Both the position numbers and the translations under genes were made by a program. A DNA stretch of 64,000 nt. It comes from a virus (Duplodnaviria; Caudoviricetes). The notes beneath the pieces were generated by a model that saw nothing but the letters and a program-made list of their open reading frames with translations, had not been told where the DNA came from and did not search any database. How positions within the stretch are numbered: position 1 is the first letter of the stretch; each line of letters starts with the position of its first letter. Below, piece after piece: positions 38,543 to 47,676 of the stretch. Location: IMG/VR virus record IMGVR_UViG_3300033120_000574, positions 64,001 through 128,000 of that record; one strand, given 5' to 3'.

Positions 38543-39502
38543 TCAGCGAAAATTAGAAATGCGAGCTTTTAGTTCATCACTAAGTTCGCCGGTTGCGTCA
38601 AACTTCAAAACTTCATTGACATTCATCTGTCCCTTTTGGACCATGTTTGTCATGATGTTTGTTACCATTGACTTGCTCATAGGAGTCCCCTCTGCTTGTG
38701 GAGCAGCGCCAGACTTCACAATGGACTTAGCACCACGAGCGGGTGTTGCTTCAACTTGGTCAATGCGCTGGCTGTGAACAGCAAGCACTCCACCCAAAGA
38801 AGACAATGCCTCTGCTAGTGCCTTCTGTACGTCATTCTGTTCTACAGAAGACTTGGAAATAGCAGTGATTACACGGTCAGTGATACGAGCTTCCATAGAA
38901 GTCAAAGACTTGTGCATCACAGATGCGAAACCAGCCAAGAACTCAGAGACCTCGAAGCCACCCTTAACTGCAGTATTCTCTGCAGCGTGGTCAGCGAAAG
39001 ACTTGTTAACATCCTTACCCTTAAATGCTTCTGGCTTAATCTCATCCTTCAGCATCTTCTTGTCTTCAGCAGCATCTGGATGTGCCTTATCGATGTCCTT
39101 ATCCTTGTCCTTCTCGAATGGAAGAGCCTTCTCAGTCTCTTCAGCGTCCTTAAACTTATCTAGACCACCCTTAGCAACGAAGTTCTTTTCGCCACCAGTG
39201 AGTGGAAGACCCTTTGAGATCTTAGACATTACGGACTTACGCATCTTTGCGCCTGCGGACTTGTAGTCAGTTCCGTCAGGACCAATAGAGTCGCTCCAAT
39301 CTTCACCTTCCCAGCTTGATCCAGCCCAGGTTCCTGGGGATGAATTGCTTGGTGTGTGGAACACTTGTGGGCTTCCGGACTCTCCTACCATAGAAACAAC
39401 TTCAGTTGTTGCTGTGCCACGAGAATTGTGTCCTTTAGCAAGGTCTTGAAGAGCGCTAAGCGCCTTCTTCAGGTCTGCAGATTCAATCTTAGATTCACTC
39501 AT
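38543..39502 (-). CDS. scaffold-like head protein
   Basis: Charged helical protein between protease and capsid genes with many KS/KA sites. Confidence 0.7.
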   Translation of the reverse strand: MSESKIESADLKKALSALQDLAKGHNSRGTATTEVVSMVGESGSPQVFHTPSNSSPGTWAGSSWEGEDWSDSIGPDGTDYKSAGAKMRKSVMSKISKGLPLTGGEKNFVAKGGLDKFKDAEETEKALPFEKDKDKDIDKAHPDAAEDKKMLKDEIKPEAFKGKDVNKSFADHAAENTAVKGGFEVSEFLAGFASVMHKSLTSMEARITDRVITAISKSSVEQNDVQKALAEALSSLGGVLAVHSQRIDQVEATPARGAKSIVKSGAAPQAEGTPMSKSMVTNIMTNMVQKGQMNVNEVLKFDATGELSDELKARISNFR

Positions 39503-39505
39503 TGT

Positions 39506-40252
39506 TTACTCCTGTGCAAATAAGCCAAAGGCTACATTGACAATGGCTTGTACGGTGTCTGTGTCACTTAGTCCGAGTTCACTCTTTACTAAATCAATTG
39601 CTTCTTGTCTAGTAAGAAGTTGACTTTTTTCAACAGTCTTCTTTTCCTCTTCGTCCAAGGACTCAACCTTTGCAACAGAAGAGACGCTATCCATAGCCTT
39701 AGATGTGTCTTCTACATTTCCCCACGCAGCAGAGAGTGATTTTGCAATCTCTGCCCAAGAAGCTGTGTTAACTGGTTGTGTTGTAATCGCTATATCTTGA
39801 ATCCAACACTTTTCGATCTTATTACCAGCACGCCGAATGACTTTACCTTGAATCGAGAAACCAACCTTCCGGTCAGATCCAGATTCTCTAAGTTCATTCA
39901 TCAAGTTCCAATAGTAATCAGCTCTGGTTTCTTTGGTTGAATCAGGGTTCTTGAACAAGAAACCTTTTACAAACAAACCGTTCTTTGTAAGTTCTGCATG
40001 TGTTGGCTGACCAACCTTGTACTCAGGACCAGCCTTGTGGTCATCATTGAAATAACCATGCTTCAAGAAGTAATCGAAGTCGATTCCCTTCTGTTCAATA
40101 ATCTCGCCTTGCAAGTCTCTACCATCGGTAGATGCAATACCTTGAATCCAGCGTTTGCCAGATTTATCAGCACCTTTATCACCACTCTTAACAATCATTT
40201 GTTTGATTGGTACGAAGCAGGAGAAAGTGTCTTGTGAGGTCCAACCGTTCAT
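39506..40252 (-). CDS. prohead protease
   Basis: IQGIAST...DLQGE.I...G.D..YF...G.FN.DH, GFSIQG, AIT..PVN. Confidence 0.9.
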   Translation of the reverse strand: MNGWTSQDTFSCFVPIKQMIVKSGDKGADKSGKRWIQGIASTDGRDLQGEIIEQKGIDFDYFLKHGYFNDDHKAGPEYKVGQPTHAELTKNGLFVKGFLFKNPDSTKETRADYYWNLMNELRESGSDRKVGFSIQGKVIRRAGNKIEKCWIQDIAITTQPVNTASWAEIAKSLSAAWGNVEDTSKAMDSVSSVAKVESLDEEEKKTVEKSQLLTRQEAIDLVKSELGLSDTDTVQAIVNVAFGLFAQE

Positions 40253-40267
40253 TTAAACCTTAAAATG

Positions 40268-40305
40268 CAAAAGGGGAGTAGACAACTCAATGTCTTACTC
40301 CCTTT
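40268..40305 (-). terminator. terminator-like hairpin in the protease leader
   Basis: AAAGGGGAGTAAGAC-ATTGAGTT-GTCTACTCCCCTTTT. Confidence 0.55.
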
Positions 40306-40328
40306 ATGGAGAACTTTGTAATGTTATT

Positions 40329-40357
40329 ATCTTACATGATGCAATTCTACATGTCAA
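40329..40357 (-). promoter_or_regulatory. sigma70-type promoter for the head operon
   Basis: TTGACA-17 nt-TAAGAT in the intergenic gap. Confidence 0.65.
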
Positions 40358-40578
40358 GAAAATTTACGAACATATAGTGGAACATGTTTTGATTCTGTAG
40401 AAAGAGACTTTAACATACTGCTATCTACTTGCAAGGGCACTTTTACTTCTTGATCACAAGATTTACACACAGCGTATGCAGCGTTGCCTTTAAATACAAT
40501 AATCTTTGAACGAACCTTCATGTTGTCTTCGTTTATTGCCTTCACGATTAGCTCTCCACACTTGCAGTTTATTTGCAT
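40354..40578 (-). CDS. small zinc-ribbon protein (Com-like)
   Basis: I.CKCGELI ... AVCKSC..EV, 74 aa. Confidence 0.6.
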   Translation of the reverse strand: MQINCKCGELIVKAINEDNMKVRSKIIVFKGNAAYAVCKSCDQEVKVPLQVDSSMLKSLSTESKHVPLYVRKFS

Positions 40579-41519
40579 TACATGGACTCCATCGTGGACT
40601 TAACTAAGTCCAAACATAGGTTTACGTGCTTATCAAGCAAAGATATAAGCACAGCAGGTGATACATTGCCATCCAACGTTAAATCAAAGTGATCGTAAGA
40701 CCTGTCGAATGCTTTTATAAGAGCAGGATCTCCTGAGCGTGAAAAGAAGCTCAAAGAGCTTTGTGAAACTAAACCATACAGTGTCTCACCAGTATCAGTA
40801 TCTAACTCCAGTATTTGTCCTGGCTTCATACGAGACTTAACTAGAGGCCACACGTCTTCCTCAAAATCACATTGCTTTAGCTTTGTTCGAAGCTCACGAA
40901 GGTTCTCGGGGATACTCTGTCTAAACGTGAGTTTGTTTAGACTCTTAACAACTCCAACAGCATTCATTGCTTGTGCAGCTTCTACGTTCTGCGCAGAGAA
41001 GAAAGAATCCTTAAGCAAATCCCAAGAGTATGTATGGTTGTTCTGTGTCTGCACAACTAACTGCTCACTAGGATAACAAGTGTACGTAGCAGTTGCCTGC
41101 TTAACCTTGATAGCTTCCTCTGTCCTTGAAGCTTCCTTTTGCTTCAGTTGAGATTGTTTAGCATGTACTGCACAAGGCTTTCCTTCTACAAGGTCGCCTT
41201 CATCCCCAACTGGCTCCAAATTCCAGAACGCTGGATTGGTTGGATTCTTACGTTCTACATTCTCTGTTGCGTTGGGGTCAATGACTTGCCAATGGTAGTC
41301 AGCTACGTGAAAGCCAGGATTAGCGTAACCTAACAAGAAATGTAAATTACCGTCAGACGACCCAAGTGTGTGACGAGTTAGTGTAGTATGGGATGGATGG
41401 CAACAGGTAAATGTAATGTCTTTAGCTGTCTTACCTTGTAGGCGCTCACTAAGGGGTTGCAGTTTATCCCACTTAGCCAGTCCTTTTGCTTTACGGGCTT
41501 TAGATAAAGTTTCAGGCAT
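40578..41519 (-). CDS. hypothetical head-region protein
   Basis: 313 aa ORF in the operon with several hydrophobic-x-KS/KA sites. Confidence 0.65.
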   Translation of the reverse strand: MPETLSKARKAKGLAKWDKLQPLSERLQGKTAKDITFTCCHPSHTTLTRHTLGSSDGNLHFLLGYANPGFHVADYHWQVIDPNATENVERKNPTNPAFWNLEPVGDEGDLVEGKPCAVHAKQSQLKQKEASRTEEAIKVKQATATYTCYPSEQLVVQTQNNHTYSWDLLKDSFFSAQNVEAAQAMNAVGVVKSLNKLTFRQSIPENLRELRTKLKQCDFEEDVWPLVKSRMKPGQILELDTDTGETLYGLVSQSSLSFFSRSGDPALIKAFDRSYDHFDLTLDGNVSPAVLISLLDKHVNLCLDLVKSTMESM

Positions 41520-42807
41520 TTGAAGGCTCCTCTTTCTTCTCTGTTGGTTCCTTCTCTGTTGGTTCCTTCTTTGGTGTGCCCTCTTCCTCGTCTATCTCTT
41601 CTGGAGGTGGCTCTATGATCTCAGTCTCTGGAAGAACACTCTCTATAGCAGCCTCTGTTTCAGGAGTAGAATCATGCATCGGTTCGTTGTGTAACCAATT
41701 AGAAAACTCCTGTTCATCTTCTCTGAACGATGTGAGGTCTGACCTGACGACAGCAATGCCGAAGTCATCCACAACCAAACGAGACAAAGACTTAGCTACA
41801 GCAGCGTCTGGAACGTCACCAGTGGCTTGGTAATTGCGAGCTAAGGTGGTACGCAGTTTATAGTCAACAAGGTACTGTACATCATCATGAGATGACAATA
41901 CACGAGCCAATTCCTCAAAGGCTAAGGTCTCAACGTCCTCTGCAGGCACCTTTTGGAAAGACATTCTATTGACTATGCGACTGTATAGATGTGAAGCATT
42001 CCAGTACAACAAAAACTTTGGACTAACCCTTGCAGTGAAGAACACGGAGTTTATGTAATTAACACCAACACGCGAAGAACCGTGTTTAGTGTCATACATG
42101 AACAATGGATCTGTAGGGCTTCTGCCTGCAGTTATGCTGGTTAAGAAATCCAAAAAGGGCAGGTCGCAAACAAAGCGCCTACCCAACAAAAGTACAGACT
42201 GGTCTATGAACTCTACGTCACCCACCAATGCGTTTGAAAGCTCTTCTACTTCGTAGAAGGCTTGGTCACATAGCATTATTATGCATCCAGTAATCTTGTC
42301 TTTGGTGTGTGGCGCAGCAAAGGACTCAGTAGCAAACTGTCTTAGTTTTCCTAAATTGGAGTCTACCGTACGCAAAAAGGATTGTACGTATAAGTCAGCG
42401 TTCTCTTTAACGTCAGAATCCAGATACACATACTTTGGTCCTTCTAAGTCAAAAACTTCAAACCAAATGTTTACTGCACTGTTCTTATCATAAGATGGAT
42501 TCTGTAATGGCTCTATTCCTTCAGGAACTGCCATGTTGCGTTTGTATCCATCCTTGGTGAAGAACTTAGTATGTTTCTCTGGTACAGGCTGCTCTGGATC
42601 CATCATGGGTTCTCCATAGAATGGATCGTAATCAGGAGACTCTGGTGGGGCGTTTGAATAGCGATAGTAGTTACCCGCTTGGTCCATCCACCAATATTGA
42701 TACAAACTTCCGTACTCTCCTGATTTAAAAACATAAGTATGCGTGCCATCTGTTGCAGGCATACCAAACGCTTTACTTATGTTTTGGATCAAGGCAGTAG
42801 TCATCAT
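41512..42807 (-). CDS. degenerate type IB topoisomerase-fold protein
   Basis: YVY...LGKLR...I.L.D..FYEV...PLF.Y...INS.F....SPKFLLYWNAS...LA..L aligns by eye with the TopIB core; catalytic residues replaced. Confidence 0.5.
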   Translation of the reverse strand: MMTTALIQNISKAFGMPATDGTHTYVFKSGEYGSLYQYWWMDQAGNYYRYSNAPPESPDYDPFYGEPMMDPEQPVPEKHTKFFTKDGYKRNMAVPEGIEPLQNPSYDKNSAVNIWFEVFDLEGPKYVYLDSDVKENADLYVQSFLRTVDSNLGKLRQFATESFAAPHTKDKITGCIIMLCDQAFYEVEELSNALVGDVEFIDQSVLLLGRRFVCDLPFLDFLTSITAGRSPTDPLFMYDTKHGSSRVGVNYINSVFFTARVSPKFLLYWNASHLYSRIVNRMSFQKVPAEDVETLAFEELARVLSSHDDVQYLVDYKLRTTLARNYQATGDVPDAAVAKSLSRLVVDDFGIAVVRSDLTSFREDEQEFSNWLHNEPMHDSTPETEAAIESVLPETEIIEPPPEEIDEEEGTPKKEPTEKEPTEKKEEPSNA

Positions 42808-42994
42808 TTACCGTAAAAACCTCGATGTTGTTAGCATCTTTGTCACTGTGTAACACACCAAGTTTGTGCAGTCTAGTTATTATCTCTGTTGGAAACAACT
42901 GCAACAACTGTAGTTTGGTCTGTGGTCCTTTACTGCGAAGGTGCAGCAACGTCATCTTGTCGTACACTGTCAGTTGGTTCGGCTGTAGCTTCAT
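42773..42994 (-). CDS. small hypothetical protein (winged-helix-like)
   Basis: LLHLRSKGPQT..QL......I.RL.K.G.L. Confidence 0.5.
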   Translation of the reverse strand: MKLQPNQLTVYDKMTLLHLRSKGPQTKLQLLQLFPTEIITRLHKLGVLHSDKDANNIEVFTVNDDYCLDPKHK

Positions 42995-43301
42995 TTAAAG
43001 CCTCCAAGTAGTCTTTGAGGTAGCCTTTTATATCCATTCTATGACGCCTTGGATCATCTTCTACTTCATAACCAGGCCAAATGGTCTTAACTAAGTCAGT
43101 TATTATATTTGGATCCATTATAGGAAGCAAGGAAAGCAGCTTACTTATTCCTTCAGGAGTATCAAGATCGAAATCATAGATAGACTTACGTATGTAGTCT
43201 GATGTGTGGATAAGGTCAGACACGCTACAAGACAACAGCCTAGTTGCTTCATTGTTGTCAAAAGACTTTTCTATACCTTCAATCTTGAACGAGTTTTCCA
43301 T
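42930..43301 (-). CDS. hypothetical protein
   Basis: 123 aa ORF in the operon. Confidence 0.65.
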   Translation of the reverse strand: MENSFKIEGIEKSFDNNEATRLLSCSVSDLIHTSDYIRKSIYDFDLDTPEGISKLLSLLPIMDPNIITDLVKTIWPGYEVEDDPRRHRMDIKGYLKDYLEALNEATAEPTDSVRQDDVAAPSQ

Positions 43302-43530
43302 TTGAATCTACCTTTGCCTTACGTGTGTACATGTAACCCGATCTGTATATGCTTGGAATTTTGTCGAAAAATTCTTTACCTGCGCCGTAAGAAAGGCCAG
43401 CCACACAATGATCCTTCAAGCCTTCCAAAAAGGCTGGGTCATCCGATTCCATCTTTGTACCAGTCCACCAAACAGTGGCAATGACGTTTTCCTCGTCGTC
43501 CATAACTTTAAAAGCGTTGTACACACTCAT
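43279..43530 (-). CDS. hypothetical protein (possible immunity partner of the upstream kinase)
   Basis: 83 aa ORF directly downstream of the MuF-kinase gene; role inferred from position. Confidence 0.55.
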   Translation of the reverse strand: MSVYNAFKVMDDEENVIATVWWTGTKMESDDPAFLEGLKDHCVAGLSYGAGKEFFDKIPSIYRSGYMYTRKAKVDSNGKLVQD

Positions 43531-43536
43531 ATAGTA

Positions 43537-46206
43537 TTACTCTTTCTTGTAAATGTCAACAGGGAAAGCACTGGAAATGTCAGAGAGGAACAGGCTCTTG
43601 TCCAACTTTCTATTTGGTTTTACTGTGTCAAGTTCTCTTGTTGGTTTTACTGTGTCAAGTTCTCTTGTTGGTTTTACTGTGTCAAGTTCTCTTGTTGGTT
43701 TTACTGTGTCAAGTTCTCTTGTTGGTTTTACTGTGTCAAATTCTCCTATAGCAGACAGAATTGTTGGAGCACGCGCTTCTGTATGAGAAACTCCATCTTT
43801 ACCCCAAGAGTTTAGTGGAGAGTAAGAAGGAATGCTATCCCAATGTATGGTGCGGTCTGCAGAGGAACCGCCTTCGAAATGGGCAGTGCCTGTAGGAAAC
43901 AGCTTAATAGATCCTTGTAGTTGTGCTTGTTCTTGTGTGGATGCATCTCCAATTTTACCAGTAGAATAGTCTTTTGCGAACCTAGCAAATAACTGGTCTG
44001 GCATTTCCCAAGAATCATTTGCTTTCTTAATTTGTGCAGTTCTCTTGTCAGCGTCTCGTTCCCATCCAGGGAATGCAGGTGCTCTATGTGTAGGAAGTAC
44101 TCCTTTGGTTCTAGCGGCCATCACAGGGTCTGGAGACACAGCAACAGTTACTGCGTACCTTGTGGATTCTACTGGAATAGACCCGTGTGTTTCTTGTAAA
44201 TGTGCAAGGTATTTCATACGGACATGTGTCTGTGCAACTTGCCAATCAGTGAGTCCACTGCTTTCTAATTGTCGTTTGGTCTGATCAAAACTTTGAGTTT
44301 TGAAACGAGTAATCATATGATCTGGAACAGTTAGGTCTTTTCCAGATTTGACAAAAAGCTGGTGAATTATGTTTTTATGTCCTTCCATGCCAGAGCCAAA
44401 CGACAGGCCATGATCAATTGCTTTAACATCAGATTGATCTGGGGAAAACACAAGGTTACCCATATGTCTATCGTTATTATTCATCACAATATCAAGACAG
44501 GCTATCTCTGCAAGTTTGGTCTGCACACGCTCTTTGTGTTCGTCTGGTACAGACGACAGTACCTCGTTTAGAGAATTTGCTGGTTTCTTGCGAGACTCTA
44601 AAGTATTCCAACCTTCTTGCCAGGATTGTACGGACATGGGGCCAACATGATGGACATCGGAAAGTCCATCATGTTCACGTGACACTGTAACAGGCACATG
44701 GTCTAACCCTAAACTAGAAGATAGTTGGTGTGCGGCTACTTCACTTATGTGGCCCTTGTCTGGAGGCAGTGAAGACAGCCCATCCGCAAAAAGCCAGCCG
44801 GCATAACCCTCTTCTGGAAAGGTTGGAGGAGGTTTCATACATCCTGAGCCATTGCCCGCAATAGTTACTTTGTAGGAAACGTGTGCTCCAGATTGTGGAT
44901 CGTCTCCATCCTCCATTTCTTTACCTAGTTTCTTAGCGGAAGAGATAGTGCCTTCACTGAGATGCTCAGCAAGAACTTGCGTAGTTTGTGACTTATCAGC
45001 AAAGAATGTCTTAGCTCTAACTTGTTCCTGCTTCTTTTGTTGCTCTTTAGCTTCTTCTGTCTGTGGAATAGCACCAGCTGCCATAGCCTCTTGGTGCTTC
45101 TTCATAATAGACCCGTTTGACTTGTGTTGAGTAGCTCCGTTTCCACCATGCTTCTCACACTCCGAACCACCACCAAATGGACACGCAGCCATGTCATTGC
45201 CACCAGTGCCACCAGTGCTGCTAACACCACCTTTTGGAGCAGCTGTTCCCAAAGCAGGAGGACGACCTGGTCCGGCTGTGTTGCCAGGAGCAGCTACACC
45301 TGCCACCGAGGGCATTCCAGGTGGCTTTTGTTGGCTAGGAGCACCCTTTGGCTTTACCGTAGATGCAATGCCACCAGCAACACCAGCTGTAGCTTTGTTG
45401 AGTGTTGAATCGAACAAAGACTTATTTACCAGACTGAGTTTCCCAGCCTCCCAAGCATAGCCAGGAGGAACGTAGCGCACCATACATCCACAGTTTGGAT
45501 GTACAGGAGGAAGGGTAGCAATCCAGTGAGTATGTATTCCTGACTTTTTTTCATGTTCTTCTGACTGTCTAGCATTGATTAGATCTGCCAGCACGAAAAG
45601 CTTAGGCGAACCATCAGGGTTCAAATACAAACGCTTGCAATCTAAACAGCAATTGGCACCAGGAACTACAATAACATTGGAGTTCAATCCATTGCTAGTA
45701 CTAAACACACCTTGTTTAGACACAATGGCATTTACACTACCAGCCACTTTGGCTCTGTGTAATTCTGTCTTAACAACTAGAGCAAATTTTACCTTAAGTC
45801 TATCAAACACTTTAGGATCAAGCGGTTTGCTTTCCAATAGAAGCTTGGAAAACACACCAGCAACCATCTGTGTAAGTTCCGCACTGAACTGCGCGATGCT
45901 CAAAATGCTCTTTAACGACAGTTTGTCAAAGGCAGTGACATCTTCTGTAGTGAACAAGTCTTCTGTGTCACTTAATGTTGCGTTTGCATACTCAGTTTTC
46001 TTGGTGGAAGCCTTGAGTTTGCCAAGAATGAACGAAGTCTTAGCTAAGTCCAAACTAGAATCCAGGGGCAGCTTCTTGTAAGTCTTCAATGCTGCAAAGG
46101 AACTGTGGCTTATTGCAGTTGGACCAAAGACGAAGTATAGCAACCAATTGGTATGGAGCTGTAGAAGCCTATTAAGCTTTGCAATCTTTGATACAAACGT
46201 GTTCAT
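43537..46206 (-). CDS. MuF-type minor head protein fused to a PI3/PI4K- or HipA-like kinase
   Basis: MuF: C..C..LY...G.P..F....L, PPVHPNCGC. Kinase: MKP, EVAAHQLS..LG...VP.T, GPMSVQSW, D....NNDRHMGN, AIDHGLSF. Confidence 0.78.
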   Translation of the reverse strand: MNTFVSKIAKLNRLLQLHTNWLLYFVFGPTAISHSSFAALKTYKKLPLDSSLDLAKTSFILGKLKASTKKTEYANATLSDTEDLFTTEDVTAFDKLSLKSILSIAQFSAELTQMVAGVFSKLLLESKPLDPKVFDRLKVKFALVVKTELHRAKVAGSVNAIVSKQGVFSTSNGLNSNVIVVPGANCCLDCKRLYLNPDGSPKLFVLADLINARQSEEHEKKSGIHTHWIATLPPVHPNCGCMVRYVPPGYAWEAGKLSLVNKSLFDSTLNKATAGVAGGIASTVKPKGAPSQQKPPGMPSVAGVAAPGNTAGPGRPPALGTAAPKGGVSSTGGTGGNDMAACPFGGGSECEKHGGNGATQHKSNGSIMKKHQEAMAAGAIPQTEEAKEQQKKQEQVRAKTFFADKSQTTQVLAEHLSEGTISSAKKLGKEMEDGDDPQSGAHVSYKVTIAGNGSGCMKPPPTFPEEGYAGWLFADGLSSLPPDKGHISEVAAHQLSSSLGLDHVPVTVSREHDGLSDVHHVGPMSVQSWQEGWNTLESRKKPANSLNEVLSSVPDEHKERVQTKLAEIACLDIVMNNNDRHMGNLVFSPDQSDVKAIDHGLSFGSGMEGHKNIIHQLFVKSGKDLTVPDHMITRFKTQSFDQTKRQLESSGLTDWQVAQTHVRMKYLAHLQETHGSIPVESTRYAVTVAVSPDPVMAARTKGVLPTHRAPAFPGWERDADKRTAQIKKANDSWEMPDQLFARFAKDYSTGKIGDASTQEQAQLQGSIKLFPTGTAHFEGGSSADRTIHWDSIPSYSPLNSWGKDGVSHTEARAPTILSAIGEFDTVKPTRELDTVKPTRELDTVKPTRELDTVKPTRELDTVKPNRKLDKSLFLSDISSAFPVDIYKKE
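43614..43745. repeat. 27-bp tandem repeat, about 4.9 copies, encoding ELDTVKPTR
   Basis: TTGGTTTTACTGTGTCAAGTTCTCTTG four times exactly, plus a partial copy with one mismatch. Confidence 0.95.
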
Positions 46207-46580
46207 TAGTCATTGTCTTTAGCATAACCACACAATGCTGCAAAAGATTCTAGGCTCTTCAACATACCAGGGACTTTGGATTCTTCTTTTGTAGGTTCAC
46301 ATGCTTTTTCAAGCTCACCATTCACAAAAGCCTTAATCACATTAAGCGGATTCTCTTCTTCGCTTTTCTTTGGTTTGATCTCAGCAGCTAAAGAACTCTT
46401 GATCAATGCAGGGTTCAAAGTCAGTTCAATGTCTGGAGGAGATAGTCTGTAACGACCACCACCAGTAATGGGAGTACCATCCGCATCACGTTGGCGTTCT
46501 ATTCCTGACTTACTCTTTGAGAAGATCTCAGGTTCATACATCACAAAAAGTGGATTTTCTGATTTTGGGCGAGGAAGCAT
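46206..46580 (-). CDS. hypothetical head-region protein
   Basis: 124 aa with FSKS, LIKS, LEKA and MLKS sites. Confidence 0.65.
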   Translation of the reverse strand: MLPRPKSENPLFVMYEPEIFSKSKSGIERQRDADGTPITGGGRYRLSPPDIELTLNPALIKSSLAAEIKPKKSEEENPLNVIKAFVNGELEKACEPTKEESKVPGMLKSLESFAALCGYAKDND

Positions 46581-46587
46581 GTGACTC

Positions 46588-46782
46588 CTAATGTAAAAGG
46601 ATAGATATCTCAGTGCAAAGGTTCTTCATCATTGTAGAGAAAGCGGTCTCAGCCTTCTCAAGTAATCCAACTTCAACTTCATTCTCTAGAACAATCTCAT
46701 CATGCGTGGGTGCTGCTAGCTTAATGAGTGACTCACCCATTGCAGCCATTTCACTGTTTGATAAGTTAGTTGAAATCTTCAT
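46588..46782 (-). CDS. hypothetical protein
   Basis: 64 aa, coupled to the upstream stop codon. Confidence 0.6.
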   Translation of the reverse strand: MKISTNLSNSEMAAMGESLIKLAAPTHDEIVLENEVEVGLLEKAETAFSTMMKNLCTEISILLH

Positions 46783-47291
46783 TAGGAACGTGTTTGCTCT
46801 CTGCCTGGTACAGAGGAACCGCCGAGGCCCGCGTTGTAGTTCAATTCAGCTGCAAGATGAGCAGCAACCATAAAGGTAAGCTGCATGCATTCCATGTCCG
46901 AGATTCTAAAGTTGACATTGCGAATGGTGTTAACGAACGAAGAGTCAACGTATGTAAATAAAGTAGGAAACACACAACCAATTGCTAGTTGTTCTTGAGG
47001 AGTTAAGTACGCCTTGTCCTTCTCTTTGTGTAGAATTTCTATGATTATGTGCTTTGCCGCCTCATAGTCAAGTTCACCACTTGGAAGTCTACGAAACAAT
47101 ACATTTCCGTTTACACGATCTGTGGGCGCGTTGAAAGAAGAGACTACCTTAGCTTCAAGTTGTCCAGACAGCACTTCTGGTTTGTAGTCTGTGCCAGTTC
47201 CAGCAGAGCCACCTGACAGTACTTCTTGGCTCTTTAACAGGTCAGAATTGTGTGCAAGCCAGTTAACTGGCGTCTTTGGTAGGTTATTCAT
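46782..47291 (-). CDS. hypothetical head-region protein
   Basis: 169 aa with a DLLKS site. Confidence 0.65.
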   Translation of the reverse strand: MNNLPKTPVNWLAHNSDLLKSQEVLSGGSAGTGTDYKPEVLSGQLEAKVVSSFNAPTDRVNGNVLFRRLPSGELDYEAAKHIIIEILHKEKDKAYLTPQEQLAIGCVFPTLFTYVDSSFVNTIRNVNFRISDMECMQLTFMVAAHLAAELNYNAGLGGSSVPGREQTRS

Positions 47292-47292
47292 G

Positions 47293-47676
47293 TTAAATCC
47301 TAATGTAGAGTAAACTCTTCTTCACGGATAGAAGAGAGGAATCCTTAGACGCAGGCTTATGTACAACACGTCCAGTATGTTTGTCCGTGCTTTCTGCATG
47401 CTCTGCTTTGACCTTATGTTCAAGTTGCTTTGCAGCTTTAGAACGTCCTTGTCCTGCTAAATACTTTTCGTAAGCTTCTTCAGTTTCAAAGTATCTGTAC
47501 TTTGGAGAGCCATCGTGATCGTAGCCATCCTGAATGCGTGCAGCATACTTGCCACCCTTTGCTTCACCGCGACCACCTGAAGCAGATACAGCAGCACCAG
47601 AGCCTTCTTTGGTTTTTGGCTTTTTAGCATCTGACTTGGCAAAACCAAGTAAGTCTGATCGTAAATAACAAGTCAT
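47293..47676 (-). CDS. basic hypothetical head-region protein
   Basis: Start reassigned to the ATG at 47676 (TAATG overlap); GGKY..R......G..KYRY motif. Confidence 0.65.
   Translation of the reverse strand: MTCYLRSDLLGFAKSDAKKPKTKEGSGAAVSASGGRGEAKGGKYAARIQDGYDHDGSPKYRYFETEEAYEKYLAGQGRSKAAKQLEHKVKAEHAESTDKHTGRVVHKPASKDSSLLSVKKSLLYIRI

Noticed and set aside
43614-43745. CRISPR array
   Set aside because: The repeats are directly adjacent with no spacers and lie in frame within a CDS.
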